Below are positions 1-13,074 of a stretch of DNA of 64,000 nucleotides, piece after piece; positions within the stretch are counted from its first letter, which is position 1, and every line of letters begins with the position of its first letter. The notes beneath the pieces were generated by a model, which saw only the letters and a program-made list of their open reading frames with translations, had not been told where the DNA came from and searched no databases. The stretch lies in the NCBI GenBank assembly GCA_010909165.1, contig MU008164.1, positions 1,302,001 to 1,366,000 of the forward strand, given 5' to 3'. The DNA is from Anthoceros angustus. Lineage: Eukaryota; Plantae; Anthocerotophyta. The position numbers and the translations under genes were made by a program.

Positions 1-960
1 GTACTTATGGTAAGCAAGCATGGGTCGTAATATGCCAAATTCGATGGCGAACTCGCTAACCCTTTGTGTGATGGAACCTTTGCTCGGACGTCAATTTCAT
101 CCCTTATCGACCCTTATTTTCAGGCCTTTGGACGATGTTGCCCAAAGCGTGAATCGACCCATCCCAAACCCCTTCCGACGATATTTGGTTGAAAACCCTA
201 CGTATATTAACCCCTCAAGATTAGCATGTTGCCCAATTACGCCCGCCTTCTTGTTGGCGGTCATCCACGCAGCGCATACGCCACCGCCTTTCGTCCTCCC
301 GCCCCATTACCTCGCGTTCGCGTGGCCGCATCATCGCGCCTTCTTGTGGCCGCAACACGCAAAACCAACGGCGCGCCGAGCCATCGCGCCCTCGGGCTTC
401 ATTCCCAGCCTTGAATAAGCGCTATCCACCCCTGACACTTGCCTCTCCCGTCCGCCCCATCGCGGGTACGCGCACTTCACCCGATTCGGTGCGGGCCTCT
501 ACCTGAGGGATTCCTCGACGATGTAGCCCTCATGCGTCGTTGCGAGCAGCGCCCTGTCTCTCGGATATGGCCATGGTTCCACGATTTACAAAACTTGTCG
601 CCGTGCTTGGGTCTTCACATAGCGGCGGCGTATCAGAACTTCCCTCCTTGCGCGCCTCCGGAACCTCCCCTCCCCTTCCCCCCAACCTCCCGCGCCCGCT
701 CACACCGCCGCCTCACGCTTGCCCGGCCGCACACTCGCTTGCCACGCACTGCCTGCCTGCACCGGCCCCGTTCCCGCCCCCGGACCGCCCCGGCCCGCCC
801 GCCCGGCGCCCCGCTCACCCGGCCCTCCCGCTCCAGGCCCCCCTCCCGGGCGTCCGTCCGCCCGGCCACCCGCCCGGCCGCCCGCCCGCGCCCCGGCCGC
901 CCGCCCCGCCCCGCCGCCGCCCCGCCACGCCCGCCCGTCCGCCCGGCCTATTATGGGTTC
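1..960. repeat. partial diverged copy of the 8.2-kb unit (matches ~1646-2600)
   Basis: gtacttatggtaagcaagcatggg...ccacgatttacaaaactt...cccccaacctcccgc is colinear with 1646-2600. Confidence 0.8.
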
Positions 961-983
961 GCTTTGAATTCCGTAAACATCTC

Positions 984-3900
984 TATTCCATTGACAAAAA
1001 GCGATCGAGGATAAGTTGAATGAATTGCGGGGCTTCATCGAGCCCGGCCAAAGTGCAGATAGTGGCGAAGGCGGTGAGGACATCGGGCCCTTGGACATGG
1101 AAGGTGTCAATTCGGAGATGAGTGAAAAGATGTATGAAGTGGAGGCAAACATCGGTGGACATCGGTGACAAGAGGTTTACTCTCGGCCGAAGTGTCTTGA
1201 CCGCCAAGTGTTAGGCTCAAAGTGGGAGCTCGCGTTAGTGATAGGGAATCACTGTTGGTGCTATCATTCGGTGGAAGTTGAAGAAGTTGGAGTCACTTCC
1301 ACAGTAGGTTGCGATGTCGACAGGACAAATGGCGGCGCGGTGGGCGGCGCCGCCGCCATTTTTCACCATCTAGTAGCATGGAAACCGTTTTCCGCGATCA
1401 CATTATTGTACATTTTGACGCTATATAACCCATCCGTCGCATGCCTAAATCCTAAATCGTGGAAATTGGGTAGCTCGGCGCCCGGCGCCTGGCCCTCTTG
1501 CCAAAAACAAAAGACTATGGGTTACGGACGGTTCGGAAAGAAGTACCATTCTTTACCAATGATGATGAAGATTGCCCAATGTCTTCAAAAGACCTTGTTT
1601 ATTTAGGGCATGCCTCAACAACCCGTTCCTTTTAGTCCTTAGGGTACTTATGGTAAGCAAGCATGGGTCGTATGCCAAATTCGATGGCGAACTCGCTAAC
1701 CCTTTGTGTGATGGAGACACCGCTCGGACAATTTCATCCCTTATCGACCCTTATTTTCGGGCCTTTGGACCGATGTTGCCCAAAAGCGTGATCGACCCAT
1801 CCCAAACCCCTTCCGACGATATTTGGTTGAAAACCCTTCTATATTAACCTTCAAGATTATGTTGCCCAATTACGCCCGCTTCTTGTTGGCGGTCATCCAC
1901 GCCACGCCACCCGCCCCTCGTCCTCCGCCCCATGCTTCTCTGCGTTCGCGTACGCATCCGTCGCGCCTTCCCGTGGCCACCAACCCAAAACCAACGGCGC
2001 GCCGAGCCGCCGCCCTCGGGCTTCATTCCCAGGTGAATAAGCGCTATCCACCCCACCCAGGCACTTGCCTCTCACGTCCGCCCCTGTCAGGCCACACGCA
2101 CTTCACCCGCCCGAAGCACGCGGGCCTCTACCCACAGGATTCTCGACGATGTATCGCCTCATGCGTCGTTGCGAGCGCGCCCTCTCGGATAGCGCTGGCC
2201 ATGGTTCCACGATTTACAAAACTTCGAGCCGTGCTTGGGTCTTCCCAGCGGCCGTAGAACTTCCCTCCTTGCGCGCGCCTCCGTGCCTCCCCTCCCCTTC
2301 CCCCCAACCTCCCGCCCGCGCCACCGCCGCGCCCGCCTCCCCACACGCCAGCACTCGCTTGCCACACCGCACCCTCCCACGGCCCGTTCCACTTGCCGCC
2401 GCCCCACACGGCCCGCTTGCCCGCGCGCCCGCTCTCCCCCGGCCCGCTCCGCTCCCGAGCCCCTCCCGGGCGTCACCGTCCTTGACCGCCGACCCGCCCA
2501 CCCGCCGACCCGCCCGCCCGCCGCCCGCCCGCGACGCCCCCGCCCGCCCGCCCGCCGCCGCCCCGCCGCCCGGCCCGCCACGCCCGGCGCCCGTCCACGC
2601 CCCATGGTGACCGGCGGCCAGGCGCCCAAGTCTGTTGTTCGCTCCTCCTGCGGCCAGAAACCTGGCGGTGGTCGAGATGCCATATCTTCCTTACATTGTC
2701 TCGGTGGGCGGATAGGAGGAAATAATTTGCCTCGGACAATACACAGGCTCTGAAGCCATGCATGCCCAAAACGAACATTTTGACAACAGGAGCGTGGCAC
2801 ATTTCAAAGCAGACGTGGGGACACCCATCACCCATACCGCACCGACCTCGCCAATTCCTACAATCGTTAAATGCAAGTAGGCTCAATGCCATACACTGTT
2901 GTGAGAAATGGCGGTGACCACCTCGCGCACATAGTGTCCTCGAGTCATACAAGGGAAGTAGCAATGTCGGCGCACGTCATGGCCGTGGGAAGCTGCCGCT
3001 CTTCAATGGCACTTGGAACACCATAATTGGCGCCTCGCCAAAATACCGATCCGTTATGAAGGTGAAAAGTTTAGCTCTCTGCAACAGCCTCCGCACGTCA
3101 CGAACATGGTCTTCAACTCCTCACGGCATGCCTCAAAAGTAATGGCGTTGATGAAGTCATCCGCCATACATCCTTGAGCTGGAGAAAAAACTAACCACTT
3201 GAGACAACGTGTTCTGTCGCCAGAGCCCTCGCGTCAAGCTATGGACCACTAACTGAACCCATCCCCAACAAGCCCTCCAACATGCAAGCACTTTTAAATA
3301 AGCTCCTCCGTCGACCTTCTCACGCACCAAGCTCACCTCCATGCCGGCGCTGCCACAGTCTGCAAAATGTCCAAAAACTCGGATCCCTAGTTGATGAGGG
3401 CAACAGCCTCCTTGATGGCCGCATGTTGTGATCGACACTAGCCCACGCCGCCTTTTTGAGCATCGATATCACACCCATCAATGAGGGTAACAAGCTTTCA
3501 TGTCCGCCTTGAATGCTTTTTCATGAAAGCCGACCGGCATCTTGCCACACCTTGTGAACACCGCCCAGCTCCCAAGCGTGCGCACTGTGGTCATGGGCAT
3601 GACACACGCGGCCAAGCACCATGTACACGAGGTAGCCAAAGAAGCGCCTTCAAATCAAGGGAGGTGCGTTAGAATGAAAGGATGGCATGTGCGAAATAGG
3701 GAAGGGTTGATGGTTACCATGAACATTACACACCGCGCCTTACCACGAATTCGCCATGGACGCTTCTTGAGGTGATACTGCGTCTCGAGCCGCCGGATGG
3801 TCCCTTGCCTCGAACACGCAGCTTCATGAACATGGGATTCGCTGGTGCCGCCATGCCTCCCGATGCGTCGGGTCGCCACCGCGTCCACCGTCTCCGCCTC

Positions 3901-6900
3901 GGGCAAAGAACCCCCATGCCTCGCGGAGTACCGACCAGGAACCGAGGGGCGTTTCCGTCGCCATGCTCTCTGAGCAGTTCACGATCGCACTCACTTCCAC
4001 CTCCACTGCGACCTCCGGGCGGTCAAAGTAGCCGTGCTTGCGAACACGCAGCATGGCATATGCAACGGAAATGCGCAGCTCTTACCTTCAAAGATCGCCT
4101 CTTACAAAGCGTCTGCTTTTGTGGATGGGTTGGAGCGTGGTGTGTGTGTGACGGCGCGCCAGCGGAGTTCGCGCATCTGGCCTCTGCGCCACTTCCGGTG
4201 AGGGCTTCAAACTCTTGCTCACATGCTTGGCCGCTCCTTTCCGACCGCGGACTCTCGACCCAATCGCGGTGGCTGCGTGTAGGCGTAGCAACTCCTCTTC
4301 GCCAAGGGAGTGGGAGGTTGGTAGAGGCCCAAGTCTCAACAAGTCTTGAGCTCTATCGCCCGAGGTCCGGGGAGGTCTATGTCTTGACGAGAGCCTCAGC
4401 AGCGATGTCCATCGGCTATGAAGCTATCTATTGTCCCGACATCGTAAAGCTCCAACCCCGCACACCAGCAAGTCGCACCAATCCCTTCCGTGTCTATCCC
4501 ATGCTGTGCCTTTCTCCATTATCGCGTGGGCGTCAACAACGCTGCGTGGTCCGGTTCCCACCTTGGCACTCCATCTTTCGCCTCCCGCAAGATGGCGAAG
4601 AACATTTCGCCTCGGCGCTCGAGCATTCCGTTTCACGCCACGGAAGATGGCGGCTTTCTTCGCATCCTCCGTGATAACCGCGGCCATGCCGCCACAAGCC
4701 TATGCGTCGGCAATGGGCCGGCGGAAAGCGCGTTCACCGTTCGCTGCGCGGTGTGTTGGGGTGACGCTCGCCACCGCGGGCGTCGCCGTCCTTTCTTCCG
4801 CCCGCTCATTTCCGTGCACCGCCCTCCCGCAATGCATTGAGAGCCCCGGTCCGGCGATGTCGCCTTGATGCCACACGGTCGGCGCCCAGCGTCCGGCATC
4901 ATCCCGAACCATGTCCGTCGCTCCACCGTGACACCGTCCCGTCGCATCCTCTTTGACGCACCCTCGCGTCTTCCAACACGCCTTTTGGCGGTAGTTCACA
5001 TATGCAGGCGTCATCCGGGATCTGGGATCCCACATATATACGCCACCACGTTAGCGCTCTCGGATGCAGTCTTTGGAGGGAAGAGGAGCTGCTCCAGGGG
5101 GCGGTCGCGGTGCGGGCTTGCACCTTGATTTCTTCGATGAAACGGGGCCCAAGAGGCTGGGCAAGGCGGAAGAAGCGCCACACAGTCGGCAGGCGCCGCG
5201 GCGAGCTCGATCAACCATCGCCCCCCACGGGCATGGCGGTAGGGCGTGCAAGTCGGCGATGCAATCCACTCAATCCGCCGACAAACCTCTCCCCATCACC
5301 GCTTGTCCTAAGTGGATGCCCTCGTATATGCGATTCTGAACCGTGATCTTCAACTTCTTCATGTGCACGCGACCATGCGCATTGTAGCGCCATCCCCTTT
5401 CCCGTCTCCCCACGCTGAGACCATTATCGGGTGATTCGGCGTTGTGTCAGGAATGTTTCAATCGCCGCGGACGTTGCCTCTTCCGGCGCGCTTGGGCGAA
5501 GGTGCGTTCTGCGCTTCCCGCGGAGGTTCCTACCCCGTCACCTTGGGAAGTAGGCGTGGCTACTGCCACGGAGGACCGCCTTGGCAGGCGGGTGCTGCAC
5601 ACCCAGCGGGCCTCTGCGTTCCGTCTAGCAAGTCTGCGGAGGCCGTCGAAGCACAGGCACGAAGGAGGGCGTCACCCGCCGATGGGGGTTACATTGGAAA
5701 ACATTGTCATTCATCGTTGTCGTGGACCCAATCCTCCAAGATATCGTCACGCAATCGTGCACCTCATTCAATCTGCGGCGCTGGGCCAGTTTTCGTCGGT
5801 GGCCATGCCAGTCAAGAAGATTGCAGTTGCAGGTGGAAATGTCACTGTGACCGGCTCGTGAGAGAGATGTCGAGGCAGTAGCGCGAAGAAGAATGCCGAT
5901 CTTCCGATGTCATATATCAAACCCTTTTACCTTCCGGATCTGCGGATCGCCGTTGCCGCATGCACTCTTCCTGCACGCCGAGAGGTCACGGCCATTACTC
6001 GTGTAATCGCCCCAAATTTTCTCATCCGCTTTTCGGATATGCAATTGGGCCGATATAGTATGGGAACATGTGCCTGTTTAAAGGTTTCATGCCGGCGGCG
6101 CGCGCGCCGCCCTCCCCAAAGAAGCGGCGGCGAGGTCATTAAATGCGCAATGAGCGTGAGGAGGACTGCAATGGATGGGAGGCTCCTAGCGCGCCCGGGT
6201 TCGCGTAGCGTCCACCGCTCTTATGCAGTATGCACAGGAACAAAGCGCCCATGGAAGTCAACGGCCGGGCCGGTGCGCGGCGCGGTAATGACGCCATTTC
6301 GTCATCTCCGAATATGGGAAATGCCATCATTACATGCAAAACAGCATGTACCCGAGCATGCATATATCGAGTTAGTCCCTAGCCTTGGAAAAAATGCCGC
6401 TTCAGTTTGATTTTTATAACCATCGCATGGCAAATTTGTCGAGCTTTGAGTTGCCGCCTTCGTCACAAACGGGATCGGGTGAATAGCGGCGATATTTACG
6501 TATCACCATCCTTGGGTTTTAGTGTGTACGAAGAAACGGAATAACGACCAATTGTTTCAAGTCCAACGTGGAAGGAGGAAATTTGGATGTGAAAAATGGG
6601 AAAAATGCGGGACACGTCTCTATCCCTCCACACAAGTGATGCATGGGCATCGTGGGGACGCGGTGATATGGTGCATATATAGACATATATTTTGTGCATG
6701 CCTATATACATGTCCATACATGTATGCACTCTGCATATATAAACAGGTATGACATAAAAGTCTATATCCTTGGCCTATGGCGAAGGAACTTCAGCCAAGA
6801 TGCATGACAACTTGTTAAGTTTTTCCACATTCCTTGGTCTTTGGGAAGGTGGGTATGAAATAAATGTCTATATATGCAAGAAGAAGGCGGAAACGCAACA

Positions 6901-9205
6901 GCCGGCACCAACCGCCTCTTTCCTTCGCGTATGGCAAGGTTTTCCATCAATCGGGGACAAACGTCATATGCCTTTCCCGAAGGAACCTTTTCTACAATGC
7001 ATGTCAAGTTCTTCTCCGGGTGTTTCCGCCTCTCCCCTTGGTCTTGGCAAGCCGAAGAACATGTTGGTTTCTCCCATTCCTCCCATGGATAGGCATATAT
7101 TTCATATATGTGTCTAAGTCTGTACATATTTTCGCATGTGACATGTTATGTACATGAATGATTGAAAACCCTCCTTGGCCTATGGTAGTTCTTACAGTTG
7201 TTCCATGCGGCCGGACAAAGTTCCTTGGCCTATGGCGAAGGAACTTTGGCAGATGCATGGAACAACTTGCCTCCTTTTTCCCCAGTTTCTTCGCATGTGA
7301 CATGTTATGTACATGAATGATTGAAAACCCTCCTTGGCCTTTGGTAAGTGAGACGGCATGCCTTGGTCTTTGAAAGGAAGTTAAATAACAAAAGTCTATA
7401 TGCTTTGGAAGAGGGTGAACTTTTTACATGATGGTGCAAAAGTTGGCTTCCAGTTTTCCCAAGGAACAACTAGACATGGCAAGTTGTTCCATACAACAGG
7501 ACAAAGTTCCTTGGCCTATGGCGAAGGAACTTTGGCGAGATCATGGAACAACTGCCTCCTTTTTCCCCGATGTTTCTTTCCATGTGACATGTTATGTACA
7601 TGAATGATTGAAAACCTCCTTGGCCTTTGGTAGAAGTGACGGCATGCCTTGGTCTTTGAAAGTGAGATCGTGGTGTATAAATCACGTGGAATAATAATGT
7701 ATGGGGAGCGGTAACCCTGCTCAGTAGTTGGCTACATACATGGCGATTTGTTGTGAGGGTGTGCGATTCGAGAAGCAGGGGCGGCGGCACACCGTCCGTC
7801 GGTTGGATCTGGCCGCGGTGAAACGTTGGGATGCCAGTCCGATCATGGTGAGATTGGAAGAACAACTTGCACGCCGAAGGGCTAAGAGAAGGAAGCGGCG
7901 CGAAGAATGGCGGAAGGCGGAGACATCGGATCTGCGGCCCGGAGGTGGTGCATGACGGGTAGTGGCGTGACTGCTGGCAACCTGCAAGAGGGCCAATGGT
8001 GTGCGGTGATTATGCGTCACGGTGGACACCTCCCGATTTTTGCGTACGCGGGGTGTAGGGTATGCGGCCGCGGTGGGCGTGAACACCCGCAAGTGTGATG
8101 GATGGAGAGGAAAGAGCTGCAGTGCGGCGCGTGCTCTGGCGATGGCGGCGAATGACGGTGGGCGCTTTTCAGCGGTGCGCACATCCTTGGAATGGAAGCG
8201 GAGGAGTTTGCCTCGCGGTGGCTGAGTGGAAACGCCGAGGAGGTGGTGCGAATGCGAGGACTTTCGGTGCAGCTTAACGATAACGGCACAGTGAGCGAGA
8301 AAGGGCGGTTGTCGTCCGGTGCAGTGCCGTCTTTGCGGGTAGATCCGGTGGGACAAAGGGCAAGGAAGCGGGCAGGGCGGCGGTGGCCCAGCGGGCATGG
8401 CCGTTGTGGAGCGGGCGGAGGAGGAGGCTTGGAGTGGCATGGATGACGGGAGGGCGTTGGAGGCGGTGTCGGAGGTGCGGCCGAGGAAGGGTCTAGGAAA
8501 ACCTACACGTTTCTGTTGCTATTTTTGCTTGCTATGCGATCACGATTATGAGCTTGCCATGGTGTGCGATGAGTGCAATGGTAGTAATCTGATGGCGGCC
8601 GCGGCTCATTCGTGGTGAGCGGAAACCCCAAATAATGGAAACCCCAAATCATGATTGTGAATAGTGATGTGTTTTGGGCAGTCCAGTATACGCTCCACTG
8701 CGAGTGTCATGTGAAGAGGACAAGAGTTGGCGGTTAAGGACACGAACATAAGGAGGGCCAAAAGGGTTGACAAAGCGCTGAGAGACAAAATTTTATGGTT
8801 GCCATCCCGGTGCTGCAGTCGAACTGGGGTGGTGGACAATTGGAGTTCATGATCGGCGATGTGGCGGGGCCGTGACGCATCTGTTGCCATTTGCGCATGC
8901 GAGGGGCAAATTGGGGACGTTAAATGGGCGGCCCGAATCGGGCCATGGCGAGAGACACGGCGGAACCTCTTTGCGAAATAGGAACCCCAGTTGCGAGGAC
9001 ACGCGAGTCGCCACGTCGACACCGAGGCCCGGCCCGGAAGTGCATCGCAATTGGAAAGTAGGGAGCGTGAAGAGGCGCGGAAGGGAGTGAAGAAAAGGGC
9101 ACCTCGGGCGTGGAAGGGCGAAGCGATGCGAGGAGGCGGATCGCGGTGGTGGCGGCAAGCGGGGAGGCGGAGGCGGCCGAGAGCCATGGTGGAGGCCACG
9201 CTCCC
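984..9205. repeat. ~8.2-kb long repeat unit, copy 1 (unidentified; possibly a degenerate transposable element)
   Basis: 984-2317 recurs almost identically at 9206-10540 (offset 8222). 2630-8775 recurs with many indels at ~11710-19615. No recognisable RT, integrase or transposase motif seen. Confidence 0.85.
6767..7660. repeat. AT-richer sub-repeat cluster (also at 17295-18210 and 19790-20325)
   Basis: ccttggcctatggcgaaggaact at ~6768, 7223, 7510; catgtgacatgttatgtacatgaatgattgaaaac at ~7135, 7294, 7581. Confidence 0.85.
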
Positions 9206-10539
9206 TATTCCATTGACAAAAAGCGATCGAGGATAAGTTGAATGAATTGCGGGGCTTCATCGAGCCCGGCCAAAGTGCAGATAGTGGCGAAGGCGGTGAG
9301 GACATCGGGCCCTTGGACATGGAAGGTGTCAATTCGGAGATGAGTGAAAAGATGTATGAAGTGGAGGCAAACATCGGTGGACATCGGTGACAAGAGGTTT
9401 ACTCTCGGCCGAAGTGTCTTGACCGCCAAGTGTTAGGCTCAAAGTGGGAGCTCGCGTTAGTGATAGGGAATCACTGTTGGTGCTATCATTCGGTGGAAGT
9501 TGAAGAAGTTGGAGTCACTTCCACAGTAGGTTGCGATGTCGACAGGACAAATGGCGGCGCGGTGGGCGGCGCCGCCGCCATTTTCACCATCTAGTAGCAT
9601 GGAAACCGTTTTCCGCGATCACATTATTGTACATTTTGACGCTATATAACCCATCCGTCGCATGCCTAAATCCTAAATCGTGGAAATTGGGTAGCTCGGC
9701 GCCCGGCGCCTGGCCCTCTTGCCAAAAACAAAAGACTATGGGTTACGGACGGTTCGGAAAGAAGTACCATTCTTTACCAATGATGATGAAGATTGCCCAA
9801 TGTCTTCAAAAGACCTTGTTTATTTAGGGCATGCCTCAACAACCCGTTCCTTTTAGTCCTTAGGGTACTTATGGTAAGCAAGCATGGGCATGGTATATGC
9901 CAAATTCGATGGCGAACTCGCTAACCCTTTGTGTGATGGAGACACCGCTCGGACAATTTCATCCCTTATCGACCCTTATTTTCGGGCCTTTGGACCGATG
10001 TTGCCCAAAGCGTGATCGACCCATCCCAAACCCCTTCCGACGATATTTGGTTGAAAACCCCTTCTATATTAACCTTCAAGATTATGTTGCCCAATTACGC
10101 CCGCTTCTTGTTGGCGGTCATCCACGCCACGCCACCCGCCCCTCGTCCTCCGCCCCATGCTTCTCTGCGTTCGCGTACGCATCCGTCGCGCCTTCCCGTG
10201 GCCACCAACCCAAAACCAACGGCGCGCCGAGCCGCCGCCCTCGGGCTTCATTCCCAGGTGAATAAGCGCTATCCACCCCACCCAGGCACTTGCCTCTCAC
10301 GTCCGCCCCTGTCAGGCCACACGCACTTCACCCGCCCGAAGCACGCGGGCCTCTACCCACAGGATTCTCGACGATGTATCGCCTCATGCGTCGTTGCGAG
10401 CGCGCCCTCTCGGATAGCGCTGGCCATGGTTCCACGATTTACAAAACTTCGAGCCGTGCTTGGGTCTTCCCAGCGGCCGTAGAACTTCCCTCCTTGCGCG
10501 CGCCTCCGTGCCTCCCCTCCCCTTCCCCCCAACCTCCCG

Positions 10540-11365
10540 CCATGGAGGCGGCAGGGAGGGGGCACTCTGCCTCCCCATGGAGGCGGGCGGGGCGGCGCCT
10601 CCCCGCCGATGGGCGGAGCGGTCGGGGGCCTGTGCAGGCGCGGGCGGGGGAGAACTGCCTCCCCATGGCGATGGGCGGGGCGGGAGGCGGCGCCTCACTC
10701 GAGAAAGGGGGCGTGGCCTCCCCTCGCGATGGTGGCGGCAGGCGGCGGGGCCCAGCGGTGCGGCGGGCGGGGAGGCACTCGCCTCCCCATGGCGATGGGC
10801 GGGCGGGAGGCGGCGCCTCCGCCCCTCTCGAAGCAGGGGGCCTGGCCTCCCCTCGCGATGGGCGCGGGCAGCGGGTGCGGCGGCAGCGGGGAGGGCACTC
10901 GCCTCCCCATGGCGATAGGCGGGGCGGGAGGCGGCGCCTCTCTCGAGCAGGGGCTGGCCTCCCACAGCGATGGGCGGCGGGGCTGAGCGGCGGCCAGGAC
11001 GGCGGGGGAGGCACTGCCCTCCCCATGGCGATGAGGCGGGCGGGAGGCGGCGCCTCGCCTCGAGAGCAGGGGCGTGGCCTCCCAGCGATGGGCGGGGCCG
11101 GCGGCGGCGGGACAGGGAGGCACTGCCTCCCCATGGCGATAGGCGGGGCGGGAGGCGGCGCCTCGCCTCTCGAGGAAAGGGGGCGCCTCCCACAGCGATG
11201 GGCGGCGGGGCGGAGCGGGGGCAGGCGGGGACCAGGCGGGGAGGCACTCTGCCTCCCCATGGCGATGGGCGGGGGCGGGGAGGCGGCGCCTCCGCCCTCG
11301 AAGGGGCCGGCCTCCCCCTGATGGAGGCGGCGTGGGAGGCGGGGACCCAGGCGGAGGCGGGGAGG
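10540..11365. repeat. GC-rich minisatellite (core gcctccccatggcgatgggcggggcgggaggcggcgcctc)
   Basis: Core recurs about every 120 bp with a related cctccc(t/a)gcgatgg half-unit in between. Confidence 0.8.
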
Positions 11366-13074
11366 CTCCCCTCCCCTTCCCCCCAACCTCCCGCGCCCGC
11401 TCACACGCCGCCCCGCTCTCACACGCGCCAGCAGCCCTTTTTCGCTTGCCCACGCACACTGCCTCCGCACGGCCCCCGCCCCGGACACGGCCACGCTTAC
11501 CCGGCGCCCGCTCTCACCCGGCCCGCTCCCGCTCCCGAGCCCCCCTCCCGGGCGTCACCGTCCAACCGCCCGCCCGCCCGCCGACCCGGCCATGCCCGCC
11601 CGCCCGCCGCCCGCGCCGCCCCGCCCGCCCGCCCGCCCGCCCGCCGCCCGGCCCGCCACCGCCCGGCGCCCGCGTCCGCCCGGCCCAGGCGGTTGTGCGG
11701 CGCAGTCTGCTGTGTTCGCTCCTCCTGCGGCCAAAACCTGGCGGTGGTGGAGATGCCATATCTTCCTTCGTTGTCTGGTGGAGCGGATAGGAGGAAATAA
11801 TTTGCCTCGCGTGGACAATAATCGTCTGTCTGCCATGCATGCCCAAAATCGAATCAACATTGCTTGACAACAGGAAGCGTGGCACATTTCAAAAGTGACG
11901 TGACACCCATCACCCATACCGACCGACCTCGCCTAATTCCTACAATCGCTCCGGCAAGTAGGCTACGCATGCCATACACTGTGTTGTGAGAAATGGCGTG
12001 ACCACCCTCGCGCATAGTGTCCTGAGTCATACAAGGGAAGTAGCAATGTCCGCCGCACGTCATGGCCGTGGGAAGTCGGGCCTGCCGTCTTCAATGGCAC
12101 TTGAACACCATAATTGGCGCCTGTCGCCAAAATACACGCGTCCGTTATGAAGGTGAAAAGTTTAGCTCTCTCGCAAAAGACAGCCTCCGACGCCGCCACG
12201 AACATGGTCTTCAACTCCTCACAAAGATGCCTCAAAAGTAATGGCGTTGATGAAGTCATCCGCCTGCATCCTTGAGGGAGAAAAAACTAACCACTTGAGA
12301 GACAACGTGTTCACAATCGCCAGAGCGCCAAGCTATGGACCACTAACTGAACCCATCCCCAACAAGCCCTCCAACATGCAAGCACTTTTAAATAACTCCT
12401 CCGTCGACCTTTCTGCACCAAGCTCACCTCCATGCCGCGCCGCAGTCGTGCAAAATGTCCAAAAACTCGGATCCCTGCAGTGATGAGGGCAACAGCCTCC
12501 TTGATGGCCGCATGTGAGTCGCACTAGCCCACGCCTTTTTGAGCATCGATATCACACCCATCAAGCGAGGGTAACAAGCTTTCATGTCGCCTTGAATGCT
12601 TTTTCATGAAAGCCGACCGGCGCATCTTGCCACACCTTGTGAACACCGCCCAGCTCCCAAGGGCGCGGCGCAATTGTGGTGTACATCGGGCATGACACCG
12701 CATCACGGCCGCAAGCACCATGTACACGAGGTAGCCAAAGCGGGCCTTCAAATCAAGGGAGGTGCGTTAGAATGAAAGGATGGCATGCGCGGAAATAGGG
12801 AAGGTTGATGGTTACCATGAACATTACACAAACGCCGCCTTACATTCGCTCAAACGCGACATGGACTTCCCTTCTGAGGGTGGTCTGCCTCCCAGAGCCG
12901 GGATGGTCCCTTGCCTCGAACACGCAGTTCATGAACATGGGATTACGCGGTGCCGCCATGCCTCCCGATGCTCGAGCCACCCGTCCACCGCCTCCTCGGG
13001 CAAAGAACCCCCATGCCTCGCGGAGTATCGTGACCGTGTGAACCGAGGGAAGAGGCAGTTTCTCCGGTCAGCTT

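Noticed and set aside
6767-7660. CRISPR-like appearance of short interspersed repeats
   Set aside because: Eukaryotic context, irregular spacing, spacers are themselves repeated, no cas genes.
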